A stretch of DNA of 64,000 nucleotides from Bacteroidota bacterium (GTDB taxonomy: Bacteria; Bacteroidota; Bacteroidia; Bacteroidales; WCHB1-69). The stretch's first letter is position 1; each line of letters starts with the position of its first letter. The position numbers and the translations under genes were made by a program. The stretch spans positions 8,066 through 72,065 of the forward strand of contig JAEZOU010000014.1 in assembly GCA_023413895.1 (NCBI GenBank). Direction: 5' to 3'. The notes beneath the pieces were generated by a model. That model made no database searches, had not been told where the DNA came from, and saw only the letters and a program-made list of their open reading frames with translations. Below, in pieces: positions 12,301 to 20,085 of the stretch.

Positions 12301-13890
12301 GTATTCAAAGGTCCAAGTTGTAGTATTAGGGGCTGGAGTCCATACAACTCTTGCAGTATGGCTTCCTGTTACAGAAGTTAACAAATCATCCATCGGTTTG
12401 CGACAAGAAGGAATTATATCCCATCTAAAATCATCCATATAAACAGTGTTGATGGCTGAACCGCTTCCTGATCTGAAAGCTATATATTTTCCATTTCCTT
12501 GATAAGAATCAAAGAAAACAGTAAACTCTTCCCAAACAGAGGATGTAGAAGGTGCTAATGTATCGATAGCCACAAAAGAGGATAAGGAATCAGGATGATC
12601 CATAATACCCACAATCACTTTATAAGCAGAAGTACTTGATTTATACAACATAAAATTAATGTATGTATTGTTCATAGGAATCTCGGGAGATAACATTGGT
12701 GAAATTCCCATTACCCAATAGGAAGAACTTGCATATAAGTATAATGAGCCTGAACCAGAATGATAGTAAGTTGAACTAATGTAAGGATAGGTAGTTGTAG
12801 TTCCGCTATAGTATCTTGACCAACAATCAGGATAGGTTCCTGTACCTGTTCCGTATGTATCGAAATTTTCTTCGTATGGGAAAGTAACCACTACACAAGG
12901 ATCAAGAGGTGTAGTAACACAAGCTGGTGCACTAGATGCTGTAACGTTGTTGGCATATACTGCCTCTACTACATAACAATATTCTGTTGATGGTACAATA
13001 CCTGCAGTATCTGTATAGGTAAAGTTTTCTAACATTTGAGTGTTCAATTGGATTCCATCTTTATACACATTGAAACCCAAAAGATTTTCATTGACATACG
13101 AACCCTGAATTGTAAATGGCAAGCCCATTTGTTCTAAACTGGTTCCATCTTCCCAAGCAGTCCATTCCCAAACTTCTGCTTCACTATTATATGCATATTG
13201 CATAGCATTACCTGTACTTACTTCATTCAAATCACAACGTGGATTTACCCAAATGCTTTTAGTATTGTCAGAATTTTCCATAGAGATTGCTACCCAATAG
13301 TTACCTGCTGGCAAAGTGGTATTGATATTGGCTTCTACTGCCATAATAGGTCTTTCAACATTTGCCAAGTAGGATGCAGTTGTTCCCTGAACACGATAAA
13401 TTCCTGTCCAATAGGTATTTCCAATCACATTGGTGGAAGTATCACCCCAAATTGGAGTGGAGGTCGTTGTAGGCTGATGATCAAAGATAGCCACATAAAT
13501 TGCAGTAAAAGTAGATGTATCAATTGATGCACCTGTTTCATACGCATAAAATGTCATCTTACTGATTTGTGCTGCAGCATTCAACTCAAAATCATCAGCA
13601 ACCATAAACCCAGAGGAGTGTCTGACATTGTTACCAAAGTTACCTTGACCGCCATACATAGCACTCACATCAGCACCGTTGGCACCGACCCCATAATGAG
13701 TAACCATATCCGCTTGGTTAAACAAATTTAAACGCGCAGGATTTGTTGTGCCTTCTGGCACACCCCAATCCACTCGCACTGAAGAATACGAAAGGGCTGT
13801 TGCCACCACATTTGATGGCGGATTGCTCTGTGAGAATATCGCTAACGGCAACATCAACAATAAACTCAACAAAATTGTCATTCTTTTCAT
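6313..13890 (-). CDS. Giant (2525 aa) modular cell-surface protein, T9SS cargo
   Basis: Signal peptide MKRMTILLSLLLMLPLAIFSQ. An N-terminal lectin/adhesin-like region is followed by eight tandem modules of lectin-like plus FN3-like domains. A divergent InlB-B-repeat-like Ig domain (aa ~2362-2435) comes next. The type A T9SS CTD reads LYPNPATSQIQIQV...ANGMYMVRINAAEGMVTKRFVKR. Confidence 0.9.
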   Translation of the reverse strand: MKRMTILLSLLLMLPLAIFSQSNPPSNVVATALSYSSVRVDWGVPEGTTNPARLNLFNQADMVTHYGVGANGADVSAMYGGQGNFGNNVRHSSGFMVADDFELNAAAQISKMTFYAYETGASIDTSTFTAIYVAIFDHQPTTTSTPIWGDTSTNVIGNTYWTGIYRVQGTTASYLANVERPIMAVEANINTTLPAGNYWVAISMENSDNTKSIWVNPRCDLNEVSTGNAMQYAYNSEAEVWEWTAWEDGTSLEQMGLPFTIQGSYVNENLLGFNVYKDGIQLNTQMLENFTYTDTAGIVPSTEYCYVVEAVYANNVTASSAPACVTTPLDPCVVVTFPYEENFDTYGTGTGTYPDCWSRYYSGTTTTYPYISSTYYHSGSGSLYLYASSSYWVMGISPMLSPEIPMNNTYINFMLYKSSTSAYKVIVGIMDHPDSLSSFVAIDTLAPSTSSVWEEFTVFFDSYQGNGKYIAFRSGSGSAINTVYMDDFRWDIIPSCRKPMDDLLTSVTGSHTARVVWTPAPNTTTWTFEYRLSELDPWTVVENLTTPYYEFTGLDANTNYTYLARVKTICTDGESEYLEGEIDFTTFCEPISQIPYSEGFDDYGTGSSAHHPCWTIVPGSYSYYPYINTTNNGGVGSLYFYSTTTATTAASFALDESIQVNRLFMTLDGRTSNVAYHLLVGVMTNPDSLSTFVVVDTLTIETTNTWTPQTVDFSSYTGNGRHIAFCTPDTTNNFYIDNLFLAETQTCVMPGDVTLVESLTNSITVAWAPTGTNVASYELEIMNMSDSIVTNVTGIQDTSYVATGLSINTEYSFRVRAYCDDQTHSYWTENVSFRTACNPISELPYIEHFDDYGVNNGAFPYCWTRPLTYISGTTIAPYIVNAYSVSAPNSLRLQSNRAWAATQAIDADLHGLQLSFYYNKEGATSGVLEVGVMSNPADTSTFEVVGVLDPGTSYKTWYFAEFNLDSTLLTGTGNHIAFRMVPTIANNTSWFYWIDDVMIDYIPSCPRPTDITIANITGTTADVSWSANTAATGWNVRYRQLDTDTWTEVPAYNNNISLTGLNPNTHYEIEVKLYCGTEESFYSIAETFATSCGAISSFPYTENFDLYGTGSGTFPTCWDKYYSTSGNYPYIYATYNFSAPGSAYMYGSSTNYSLAIMPEVDPTINMNTLAVSFMLRKGTATYNLIVGVMSHPDSISSFVPVDTVTTSATNVWEELMVSFANYQGTGRYIAFKSHKGATYLDNVMLDLIPTCFRPTDVTVTAKTENSIDIAWTPGADEIEWNLAYQPIDSSDWTIVEFITDTFYTINNLQPGTAYNIKVRSVCNGEVTEYSYAITEATNCLPVATLPYMESFDTYGTGTGTYPTCWTKYNSGTTTYPYINSSNYSSSPGSMYMYGTTSYYTIAITPEFEESIDLRTLKLSFKMRTGTATYEMVVGTMTNPLDPTTFHEVGRVYVDEINTWEDKVVYLMGCNENDRYIAFKCGDLSATNSYYFDDLVIEQAEECITPQYVTVDQITYNSATLSWNASESETNFEVLYSETGFSIDTVFPISVLDNPFTLTGLQPETTYDFYVRTICSNGETSAYSQVVTFTTTCAPKSIPYTNSFDDGATGTSAFPDCWTKVGAGTNYIHATNKFNGVGGLYFYTTSSNYVFAVLPEFNVDVNQLQVNFFGKFTNMSYYVDLGVMTDPTDTSTFELVSRIEPRTLVWNSFSIPLNNYQGTGRYIAIRSQSTTSNYLQMDNLVVDYAPICVKPTQVACDNITLTTAELSWNSGNVGTSWEVAYGPEGFNPNVQTTGSNVVTATSTLYTLTNLLPGTMYDVYVRTMCGGDDGNSEWSSVYNFRTDCEEITQLPYTDSFDTYGTGTLAYPTCWGRNTSVVSTTDYPYINTTQATPNGAGSLYFYSTANNYTIATTPAISSTLPINTLMATFKLRKASAAYNIVVGVMTDPNDRNTFVPIETLSPTATSNWEEFEVYFNNYTGTAQYIAFLSERDAANYMFLDDFKVEIIPTCIRPKDVIASNETTTTVTLSWTERNDATSWNIEYGPIGFEQGQGTVVSGVTNPYTLTGLTPSTMYDVYVQTACSATDVSLWSNVATFATECGVISTLPYTENFDSYSGTTYNTEGPIPLCWATYTDNDTRPAPHVVGSGSYWYPVSQPNALSFVGSSPATNAYAVLPEFSAPLNTLQVAFAFRMESATSGTLKVGYVTDVNNLATSFVEVATLTNTTTITNDSVDFTSVTATAGRITFLWNYTGSSYYSCNIDDVVVTALVTEEPCDAPVNVQVSPTETAATVTWVSTADAWVVEYKEATAENWTASPTLTSATYNITGLTPSTDYLVRVKAICDTDTESDWSAEIPFTTLAGQVTTYVITASASGPGTITPNGTVTVQEGSDVTFTFAANAGAVVDRLLVDDAETAIPANNEYTFSAVVANHTIAVEFVEETGIEEIDLNAAVALYPNPATSQIQIQVADSRFLGAEMQIFDVYGKLISNTTIETLTTQVDVSQLANGMYMVRINAAEGMVTKRFVKR
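6316..6555 (-). other. T9SS type A C-terminal sorting domain of the giant protein
   Basis: The last ~80 aa read LYPNPATSQIQIQVADSRFLGAEMQIFDVYGKLI...LANGMYMVRINAAEGMVTKRFVKR. Confidence 0.85.
6823..12900 (-). repeat. Eight tandem ~252-aa protein modules inside the giant ORF (diverged, protein-level repeat)
   Basis: The motif PY-x-E/D-x-FD...YP-x-CW recurs at aa 338, 595, 844, 1099, 1346, 1598, 1849 and 2104, giving periods of 247-257 aa. Each copy is followed by an FN3-like segment (W...Y...TGL.P.T.Y...V...C). Confidence 0.85.
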
Positions 13891-14568
13891 AAGTAAATTA
13901 ATTTGTTAATAGATTTAAAGGTGCAAAAATGGAGAAATTTTTTTTGCACAATCTGTCTCCGTTCCCGACATTAACATTTTTTAAGAATTTTAATCTCTTT
14001 TTTATTTCATCGCTCTCTGATTGCAGTTCTTTCAATTTATATAGTTTATTTTTAAAGAAAAAAAAGGGAAATTTAGCATTATTGGAAAAATCACCCCAAC
14101 AATAATATATAACACAGAATAAGCTAATGAAAGTAACTTTCAAAATTTATCATTTTTTTCTCCAATTTTGCGCAAAGTAAAACTATAAAAAACATTTTAT
14201 AACCTAAGTTTTCTATTCTCCTCCAATCACTTTCACCCAAAACATAAATTCTATATTTACCTAAAATTATATTGAAAAACTTGTTAACTTTACAATAGAA
14301 AAATCATCACGACACAACACATTAAAAGTATAAATTCTACGCCCCACTAACTTCATATATAGGGAGATATCTGTTCTATATTTGTCAATGACGTGATATA
14401 ATATCTCATTAACGCTCTCTTCCACTCTTTGTGCTGTGCACCTCATCACGTACTTTCACGATACTCACAAGTTTTGGCCATTTTTTAAATTGGACCAAAT
14501 TTCCCCCTCCCGGACTAAAAAAAGGAAAACTTTGAAATTATTTTGGTGCGTTTGCCGTGAAAAAATTG

Positions 14569-14576
14569 TACTTTTG
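14569..14576 (+). promoter_or_regulatory. -7 box TActTTTG
   Basis: Exact match to TAnnTTTG, 60 nt upstream of ATG 14637. Confidence 0.5.
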
Positions 14577-14636
14577 CATAGTGATAAAAGTTCTATTCTA
14601 TTATATCATAAATAATTCTATATCAAAAAGTAACAT

Positions 14637-16709
14637 ATGAAAAAGTTAGTAGCCTTCATCATTTTTTTTGCTATATATTCTGCTTCTATTGCGCAAAGTC
14701 TAAGCAAAATAAATAATACAACTGCAGAAAACAACCAAGTATTAACAGATAATACAATAGTTGTTGCATACAACGGAACTACTGCTACTGTAACTGTAGC
14801 CGACAATATTGCTCAACAAGTTACACAAATAGTCTCGGGCGCTCACGTATCTATAACTTCAAACAATACTTCTACCGAAATTACATACATTCTAAATGGT
14901 AGCTCTACCGATGGCGAGTTCTTTTTAAATAGTGCATACAACTGCACTATTATTCTTAACGGTCTTACATTAACCAATACTACGCCTAATTTTTGCAGCG
15001 CTGCCATTAAAATCCAAAACAGCAATCGTACCAATATAAATGTTGCTTCAGGTACTACTAATACCATTACCGATGCATCTTCTGGCTCGGATAAAGGATG
15101 CCTCCTCGTAAAAAGTGAGGCTATATTTAATGGAAACGGAACACTTAATATCATAGGAAACCTTAAACATGGTATTAAAACAGATGAATATGTTGTAATT
15201 AATGATGCTACAATAAATATTACTTCTGCTGCTGGTGACGGAATCTCTTGTAATCAATATCTTCTTGTAGAAAGTGGCACTATTAACATCAGCGGTACCG
15301 ATGACGATGGCATTCAATGCGATATTGATGGCAATGCTTCTACCGGCTCAACCAACAACCACGAAAACGAGGATTCTGGAAATATCTATATCTGCGGCGG
15401 AAATATTAATATCAACTGCCCCGCAACTGCTGCAAAAGGAATTAAAAGCGAAGGAAATATCTATATATCTGACAATGCTAATATTAGCATTACAACAACT
15501 GGAAATGGATCTTGGGATGAAGATGACTTGGAAACCAATGCCGCTTGCGGAATTAGCGCTGACGGAGATATTGATATTAGTGGTGGTAATATATCTCTTA
15601 CCGCTACTGGTGCCGGTGGAAAAGGTATTAAATGTGATGGCTTCTTAATGGTTAGTGATGGCTATATCTCTATCTCCACCTCTGGAAATATATATTATAA
15701 TAATGGAACTACCGAAAATAATAACTATACCGGAAATACCGATAATATTGACAACGACCTTTACTCCTCACCAAAAGGTATTAGAGTGGGTGTGAAAACA
15801 GAAAATGGAAACAGCTATACCTATAGTGGAGGAATAGTTATCAGCGGAGGAATCATCAAAGTAACTACTAGCGGAGTAAATGGCGAAGGTATCGAAAGCA
15901 AAAATAGCTTGGAAATCAGTGGTGGCGAAATTTTTGTTAATGCATACGATGATGGTATAAATGCAGGACAAGATATTAACATTACCAACGGATATATCTA
16001 TTCTCGATCTACAAACAACGATGGAATTGATGCTAATGGAAACCTTTACATTAACGGAGGGTTAGTGTATGCTATCGGTGGAAACGCACCCGAAGTGGCT
16101 ATCGACGCCAACTCCGAAGAGGGTAAACATCTCTACCTGAACGGCGGAACCATAATCTCTATTGGAGGATTAGAACAAGGTAGCTTTCTGTCTCAAACTT
16201 GTTACCAAACCGCTATCGTAAATAGCAATACTTGGTATTCAATAACTTACAATAACAACACCATCGCTTTCTTTACTCCTTCAATTAATACTAGTGGTCC
16301 CGGTGGTGGTCCTGGTGGTGGCCCCGGTGGCTGGCCAGGCAGCAATTCATCTTCGCTAATAATTTCCACTCCATCAACTCCTACTCTCTATAGCGATGTT
16401 ACGCCTATAGGCGGCACTGCAATCTTTGAAGAAAATTGCTTCCTCAACACTTCGGTAAGTGGCGGAAACTTCGTTAATATTTCCATTTATGGCAATAGCG
16501 GGGGTGGAAACTCAATCCAAAATGTTAATGCCGAAAACATTACTATCAAAACCAAAAATGGAAACATTGTAGTAGAGGGTTGCGATAATTGCGATGTAAA
16601 AGTATTCGATATCAAAGGACGATTAGTTGGAAAATCAGGTCTCGCCTCTGGTATTTACATCGTTAAAATCAACAATCACCAAGCTTATAAAGTAATTGTT
16701 TCAAGATAG
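14637..16709 (+). CDS. Cthe_2159-like (PF14262-type) beta-helix carbohydrate-binding protein, T9SS cargo
   Basis: Signal peptide present. Periodic beta-helix rungs (GTLNIIGNLKHGIKT, INITSAAGDGISC, INISGTDDDGIQC, AAKGIKSEGNIYIS, GGKGIKCDG, GEGIESKNSLEISGG, DGIDANGNLYINGG). A Gly/Pro linker GPGGGPGGGPGGWPG follows. The CTD ends in GIYIVKINNHQAYKVIVSR. Confidence 0.75.
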   Translation: MKKLVAFIIFFAIYSASIAQSLSKINNTTAENNQVLTDNTIVVAYNGTTATVTVADNIAQQVTQIVSGAHVSITSNNTSTEITYILNGSSTDGEFFLNSAYNCTIILNGLTLTNTTPNFCSAAIKIQNSNRTNINVASGTTNTITDASSGSDKGCLLVKSEAIFNGNGTLNIIGNLKHGIKTDEYVVINDATINITSAAGDGISCNQYLLVESGTINISGTDDDGIQCDIDGNASTGSTNNHENEDSGNIYICGGNININCPATAAKGIKSEGNIYISDNANISITTTGNGSWDEDDLETNAACGISADGDIDISGGNISLTATGAGGKGIKCDGFLMVSDGYISISTSGNIYYNNGTTENNNYTGNTDNIDNDLYSSPKGIRVGVKTENGNSYTYSGGIVISGGIIKVTTSGVNGEGIESKNSLEISGGEIFVNAYDDGINAGQDINITNGYIYSRSTNNDGIDANGNLYINGGLVYAIGGNAPEVAIDANSEEGKHLYLNGGTIISIGGLEQGSFLSQTCYQTAIVNSNTWYSITYNNNTIAFFTPSINTSGPGGGPGGGPGGWPGSNSSSLIISTPSTPTLYSDVTPIGGTAIFEENCFLNTSVSGGNFVNISIYGNSGGGNSIQNVNAENITIKTKNGNIVVEGCDNCDVKVFDIKGRLVGKSGLASGIYIVKINNHQAYKVIVSR

Positions 16710-16743
16710 TTATAACTTACCATTATACATTTTAATTGTCTGT

Positions 16744-17174
16744 TTTTTGGATTATGATTTGGGCGTTCCGGCTCTTTCTACGCACATTTTGCTTGCAAAT
16801 ATAAACGATCATGCAAGTTGTCTTGCCATACTATAATTTAAGCATCTTGCGCTTGGCCCCACGCGCACGCCGTCGGGCTTTCCGCTCAAATTTCGCAGCG
16901 CCAGCCCGCGCCACCAATCCGCAAAAACAAAAACTCCGAGCACTAACTGCAACATAGCTCGCGCCACACTTAGCCGCAATTTCTCCTCGTCCAACCATCA
17001 TTCCTAATGCCTCACTCATAACTCCTAATTCCCTATTCATTCTTGGCGCTGCTCATAACCGCTGCAATCCCTAACGCAACGCGCTGAACGATAATGTTGG
17101 CAGGGCGGCGACAGCTCACCTTGGCTCCGAAGCACTCGCTCCCCGCGCCGCCTAAAAGAATCAAAAACCAAAAA
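16744..17174. other. GC-rich, C-skewed non-coding island bracketed by 16-nt imperfect inverted repeats (possible MITE-like element or structured RNA)
   Basis: By hand count, 16861-16920 is 41/60 G+C (C 27, G 14), far above the AT-rich surroundings. TTTTTGGATTATGATT (16744-16759) matches the reverse complement of AATCAAAAACCAAAAA (17159-17174) at 14 of 16 positions. Only Arg/Ala-rich low-complexity ORFs are present. Confidence 0.4.
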
Positions 17175-17249
17175 TCAACCTTCAAATTTTATGTCATCGG
17201 TTGAATAGATCTTTGCAAACAATGGCTCTGCACATAATTAAAAAAAGAG

Positions 17250-17257
17250 TATCTTTG
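17250..17257 (+). promoter_or_regulatory. -7 box TAtcTTTG
   Basis: Exact TAnnTTTG, 57 nt upstream of ATG 17315. Confidence 0.5.
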
Positions 17258-17314
17258 CAATTGAAAATTCAAATTCGTTAATTATAAAATTTTGTTGTTA
17301 TACAATACATTATT

Positions 17315-19981
17315 ATGAGAAAAAACTACATTATTCCACAACTAGGAGCTATTATTCTCGCTATTTTTCTCTCCTCTTGCAACAAAGAGGAGCACCTAAT
17401 CAACGATAAAAGCTATCGCGAAACCGTTCACCAAGATTTCTTGGCGCGCCAAGAGTTAGCAAAAAATCGCTCCACAGAACTCTTTTCTATCTTTGAAACT
17501 GAAAATCTAACACTGCAAGAGCGCGAAGCTTTGGAGTTTTTATACGCTTATATGCCTCTTAGCGACTTAGCAGATTATAACGGAGAATTTTTTCTCAACC
17601 AAACACGCTATGCGTTGCGCGCCCGCGATACTTTTGCTTGGGGGAAAACTATTCCTGAAGAGATTTTCCGCCACTTTGTCCTTACCTACCGAGTTAACAA
17701 CGAAGACTTGGATACTGCCAGAATGTTCATTTTCAACACTTTAAAAGATAGAATTAAGAACATGAGTATGTACGATGCGGCTTTAGAGGTAAATCACTGG
17801 TGCCACGAACACGTTGCTTACCGTCCTGCCGACATTCGCACCTCTGCGCCATTAGCAACCATCCGCACCTCGTTGGGTCGCTGCGGCGAGGAATCTACAC
17901 TGACGGTTACGGCGTTGCGCGCTTGCGGCATTCCCGCACGACAATGTTACACCCCACGCTGGGCACACTGCGACGACAACCACGCATGGGTAGAAGTTTG
18001 GGTGGACGGAAAATGGTATTTCCTCGGCGCCTGCGAACCCGATCCCGAACTCGATATGGGCTGGTTTGCTTTCCCATCTACACGTACAATGATGGTACAT
18101 ACAAATGCTTTCGGAAAATATAACGGCTCTGAAGAGATTAACAAACAAAGCCATCTTTACTCATGCCTCAATCTTATGCCTAACTATGCAGAAACCCGCA
18201 TTGTTACGATTACTGTGAACGACAAAAACGGACAACCCGTTCCAGATGCTGCTGTCAAATTTAAACTCTACAACTACTCCGAATACTATCCGCTAGCAAC
18301 CATCAATACCAACAACGAAGGAAAAGCTTCCCTAACAACGGGAATGGGCGATCTTTTGGTTTGGGCTTCCAAAGAAAATCTTTATAACTATGCCCAAATC
18401 AACGTTAGAGAAACCGAAAATCTAACAATTACCTTAGACAAAGAAGCTGGAAAAGAGTATGTGGAAAACTTTAATATGACACCTCCTATGGGAAAACTCA
18501 ACAAAAAAGAGGTTTCCGAAGAGAAGGTAAAAATCAACACTCAACGTCTGCAATACGAGGATTCGCTCCGAACCGCTTATATGAATACATTTATGACGGA
18601 AGAAAAAGCAAAAACTATTCTCAACGAAAATCTTACTCCTGAAGAGGTTTGGACCTTTTTGCATAAAAGTGAAGGAAACCACGCAGAAATCGTGAAGTTT
18701 ATGAACCAGCACAAAACCAAAAACAGTAAAATCGACTTTAAAGGATTTTTAGCTGCTTTGGCAGATAAAGACCTGCGCGATACTCCTGCAGAAATTCTTA
18801 ACGACCACCTAACCCCAATCGGCAAATTCTCTACCCATTTTGCACAAGATGAAAATATTCCTGAAACAGAACGTATTGATATTTACAACAAAGGAATTTT
18901 GCCTGCTCGTATCTCTAACGAGTTGATTCGTCCTTGGAGAAGCTATTTAGCTGAAAAGATGGCTACTGAAGTGGGTAACGACGCTACATATATAAAAATA
19001 AAGGAGTGGATTTTGAAAAATATTACCATAAACGATGAAGAGAACTACTCTCGCTGCCCAATCTCTCCTCGCGGCGTTTTCGACCTTCGCGTTAGTGATG
19101 CTCACTCTCGCGACATCTTCTTCGTGGCTGCTTGCCGCTCGTTAGGTTTACCTGCCTACTTAGACAATGCCAACGGACAACTTTATGCATTTGGCGAAGG
19201 AAATTGGCAAAAAGTAAACTTTGAAGAATCTGACAAAAACAACGTGACCAACGGAACTCTAATTATAAACTTGCCAGAAAATTTAGGCTTTAAACCTGAA
19301 TATTGGATTCACTACACTTTGGCCCGCTTTGAAAATGGAGATTTTGTAACTTATGACTTTGAAAACGACCCGCGCGTGGCTGAATTTCCCGTGAAACTCT
19401 CTCTAACTCCTGGTTATTATATGCTCTCTACAGGCAACCGCTACAGCGATGGCGCTGTGGTTTCACGTCTCGAATTTTTCAATGTAAAAGAGGGTGAAAC
19501 TATTGAAAAAACGTTAACTATAAGAGAGTTAGAAAGAAGAGATGTGGTTTATGCAACGCTCAATACCAATCACAATGCAATTTTGAATGGTGAAATTATG
19601 CCAATTTCACAACTCCTGCCATCCAACAACAACATATTCTGCTTCATTGACCCAACCCGCGAACCGACTAAACATCTATTAAAAGATATCGCTACGCATA
19701 AAACTGAATTTGAAAAATGGAATGGAAAAATTAATTTCATTGTTCCAGAAGATAAAAATGCACCTGATTTCAATATTGACAAATGGAATCTTCCTAAAAA
19801 TCGTAACTTCACCATTGATCAAAATCGCGAATTGATGAATTCCATCATTAAAGAAGCCAATTTTGAATTTAAAGATGAATACCCTTTGGTATTGATTATA
19901 AAAAATGATGGAAAAATAACCTTCAAGAGTGAAGGTTATCGCATCGGAACTGCTTCGCTAATATATAAAACGTTGGAATAA
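17315..19981 (+). CDS. Transglutaminase-like (papain-fold cysteine) domain lipoprotein, 888 aa
   Basis: Lipobox LAIFLSSC. Transglutaminase core GRCGEESTLTVTALRACGIPARQCYTPRWAHCDDNHAWVEVWVDGKWYFLGACEP carries Cys, His and Asp candidates. The C-terminal ~150 aa look thioredoxin-fold-like. Confidence 0.75.
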   Translation: MRKNYIIPQLGAIILAIFLSSCNKEEHLINDKSYRETVHQDFLARQELAKNRSTELFSIFETENLTLQEREALEFLYAYMPLSDLADYNGEFFLNQTRYALRARDTFAWGKTIPEEIFRHFVLTYRVNNEDLDTARMFIFNTLKDRIKNMSMYDAALEVNHWCHEHVAYRPADIRTSAPLATIRTSLGRCGEESTLTVTALRACGIPARQCYTPRWAHCDDNHAWVEVWVDGKWYFLGACEPDPELDMGWFAFPSTRTMMVHTNAFGKYNGSEEINKQSHLYSCLNLMPNYAETRIVTITVNDKNGQPVPDAAVKFKLYNYSEYYPLATINTNNEGKASLTTGMGDLLVWASKENLYNYAQINVRETENLTITLDKEAGKEYVENFNMTPPMGKLNKKEVSEEKVKINTQRLQYEDSLRTAYMNTFMTEEKAKTILNENLTPEEVWTFLHKSEGNHAEIVKFMNQHKTKNSKIDFKGFLAALADKDLRDTPAEILNDHLTPIGKFSTHFAQDENIPETERIDIYNKGILPARISNELIRPWRSYLAEKMATEVGNDATYIKIKEWILKNITINDEENYSRCPISPRGVFDLRVSDAHSRDIFFVAACRSLGLPAYLDNANGQLYAFGEGNWQKVNFEESDKNNVTNGTLIINLPENLGFKPEYWIHYTLARFENGDFVTYDFENDPRVAEFPVKLSLTPGYYMLSTGNRYSDGAVVSRLEFFNVKEGETIEKTLTIRELERRDVVYATLNTNHNAILNGEIMPISQLLPSNNNIFCFIDPTREPTKHLLKDIATHKTEFEKWNGKINFIVPEDKNAPDFNIDKWNLPKNRNFTIDQNRELMNSIIKEANFEFKDEYPLVLIIKNDGKITFKSEGYRIGTASLIYKTLE

Positions 19982-20041
19982 AGCAATATACGATGATATA
20001 AAAAAACATCATTTTTTATCTCATCGTATTCAAAAAAAAAT

Positions 20042-20049
20042 TATCTTTG
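20042..20049 (+). promoter_or_regulatory. -7 box TAtcTTTG, directly preceded by an A9 tract (20032-20040)
   Basis: Exact TAnnTTTG, 36 nt upstream of ATG 20086. Confidence 0.5.
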
Positions 20050-20085
20050 CACGTTAAATTTATTATTCACAAAAAAACTACTATT

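Noticed and set aside
13898-14143. 81-aa ORF immediately upstream of the giant gene on the same strand
   Set aside because: It starts with TTG only. It runs through the palindrome and -7-like element that probably forms the giant gene's promoter. Its composition (poly-Phe/Lys) is typical of translated AT-rich spacer. I cannot exclude a leader peptide, but I have no support for one.
16809-17040. Two overlapping minus-strand ORFs (61 and 69 aa) inside the GC-rich island
   Set aside because: Their sequences are Arg/Ala/Gly-rich and low-complexity, as expected from reading G-rich DNA. The two ORFs overlap each other in different frames. Neither has a promoter box or a recognisable domain. I treat them as artefacts of composition.
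17800-18154. Three alternative-frame ORFs (65-107 aa) overlapping the transglutaminase core
   Set aside because: They fall exactly on the local GC spike, where stop codons are rare. Their translations are Arg/Pro/Gly-rich nonsense. The main frame carries a clear conserved catalytic core.
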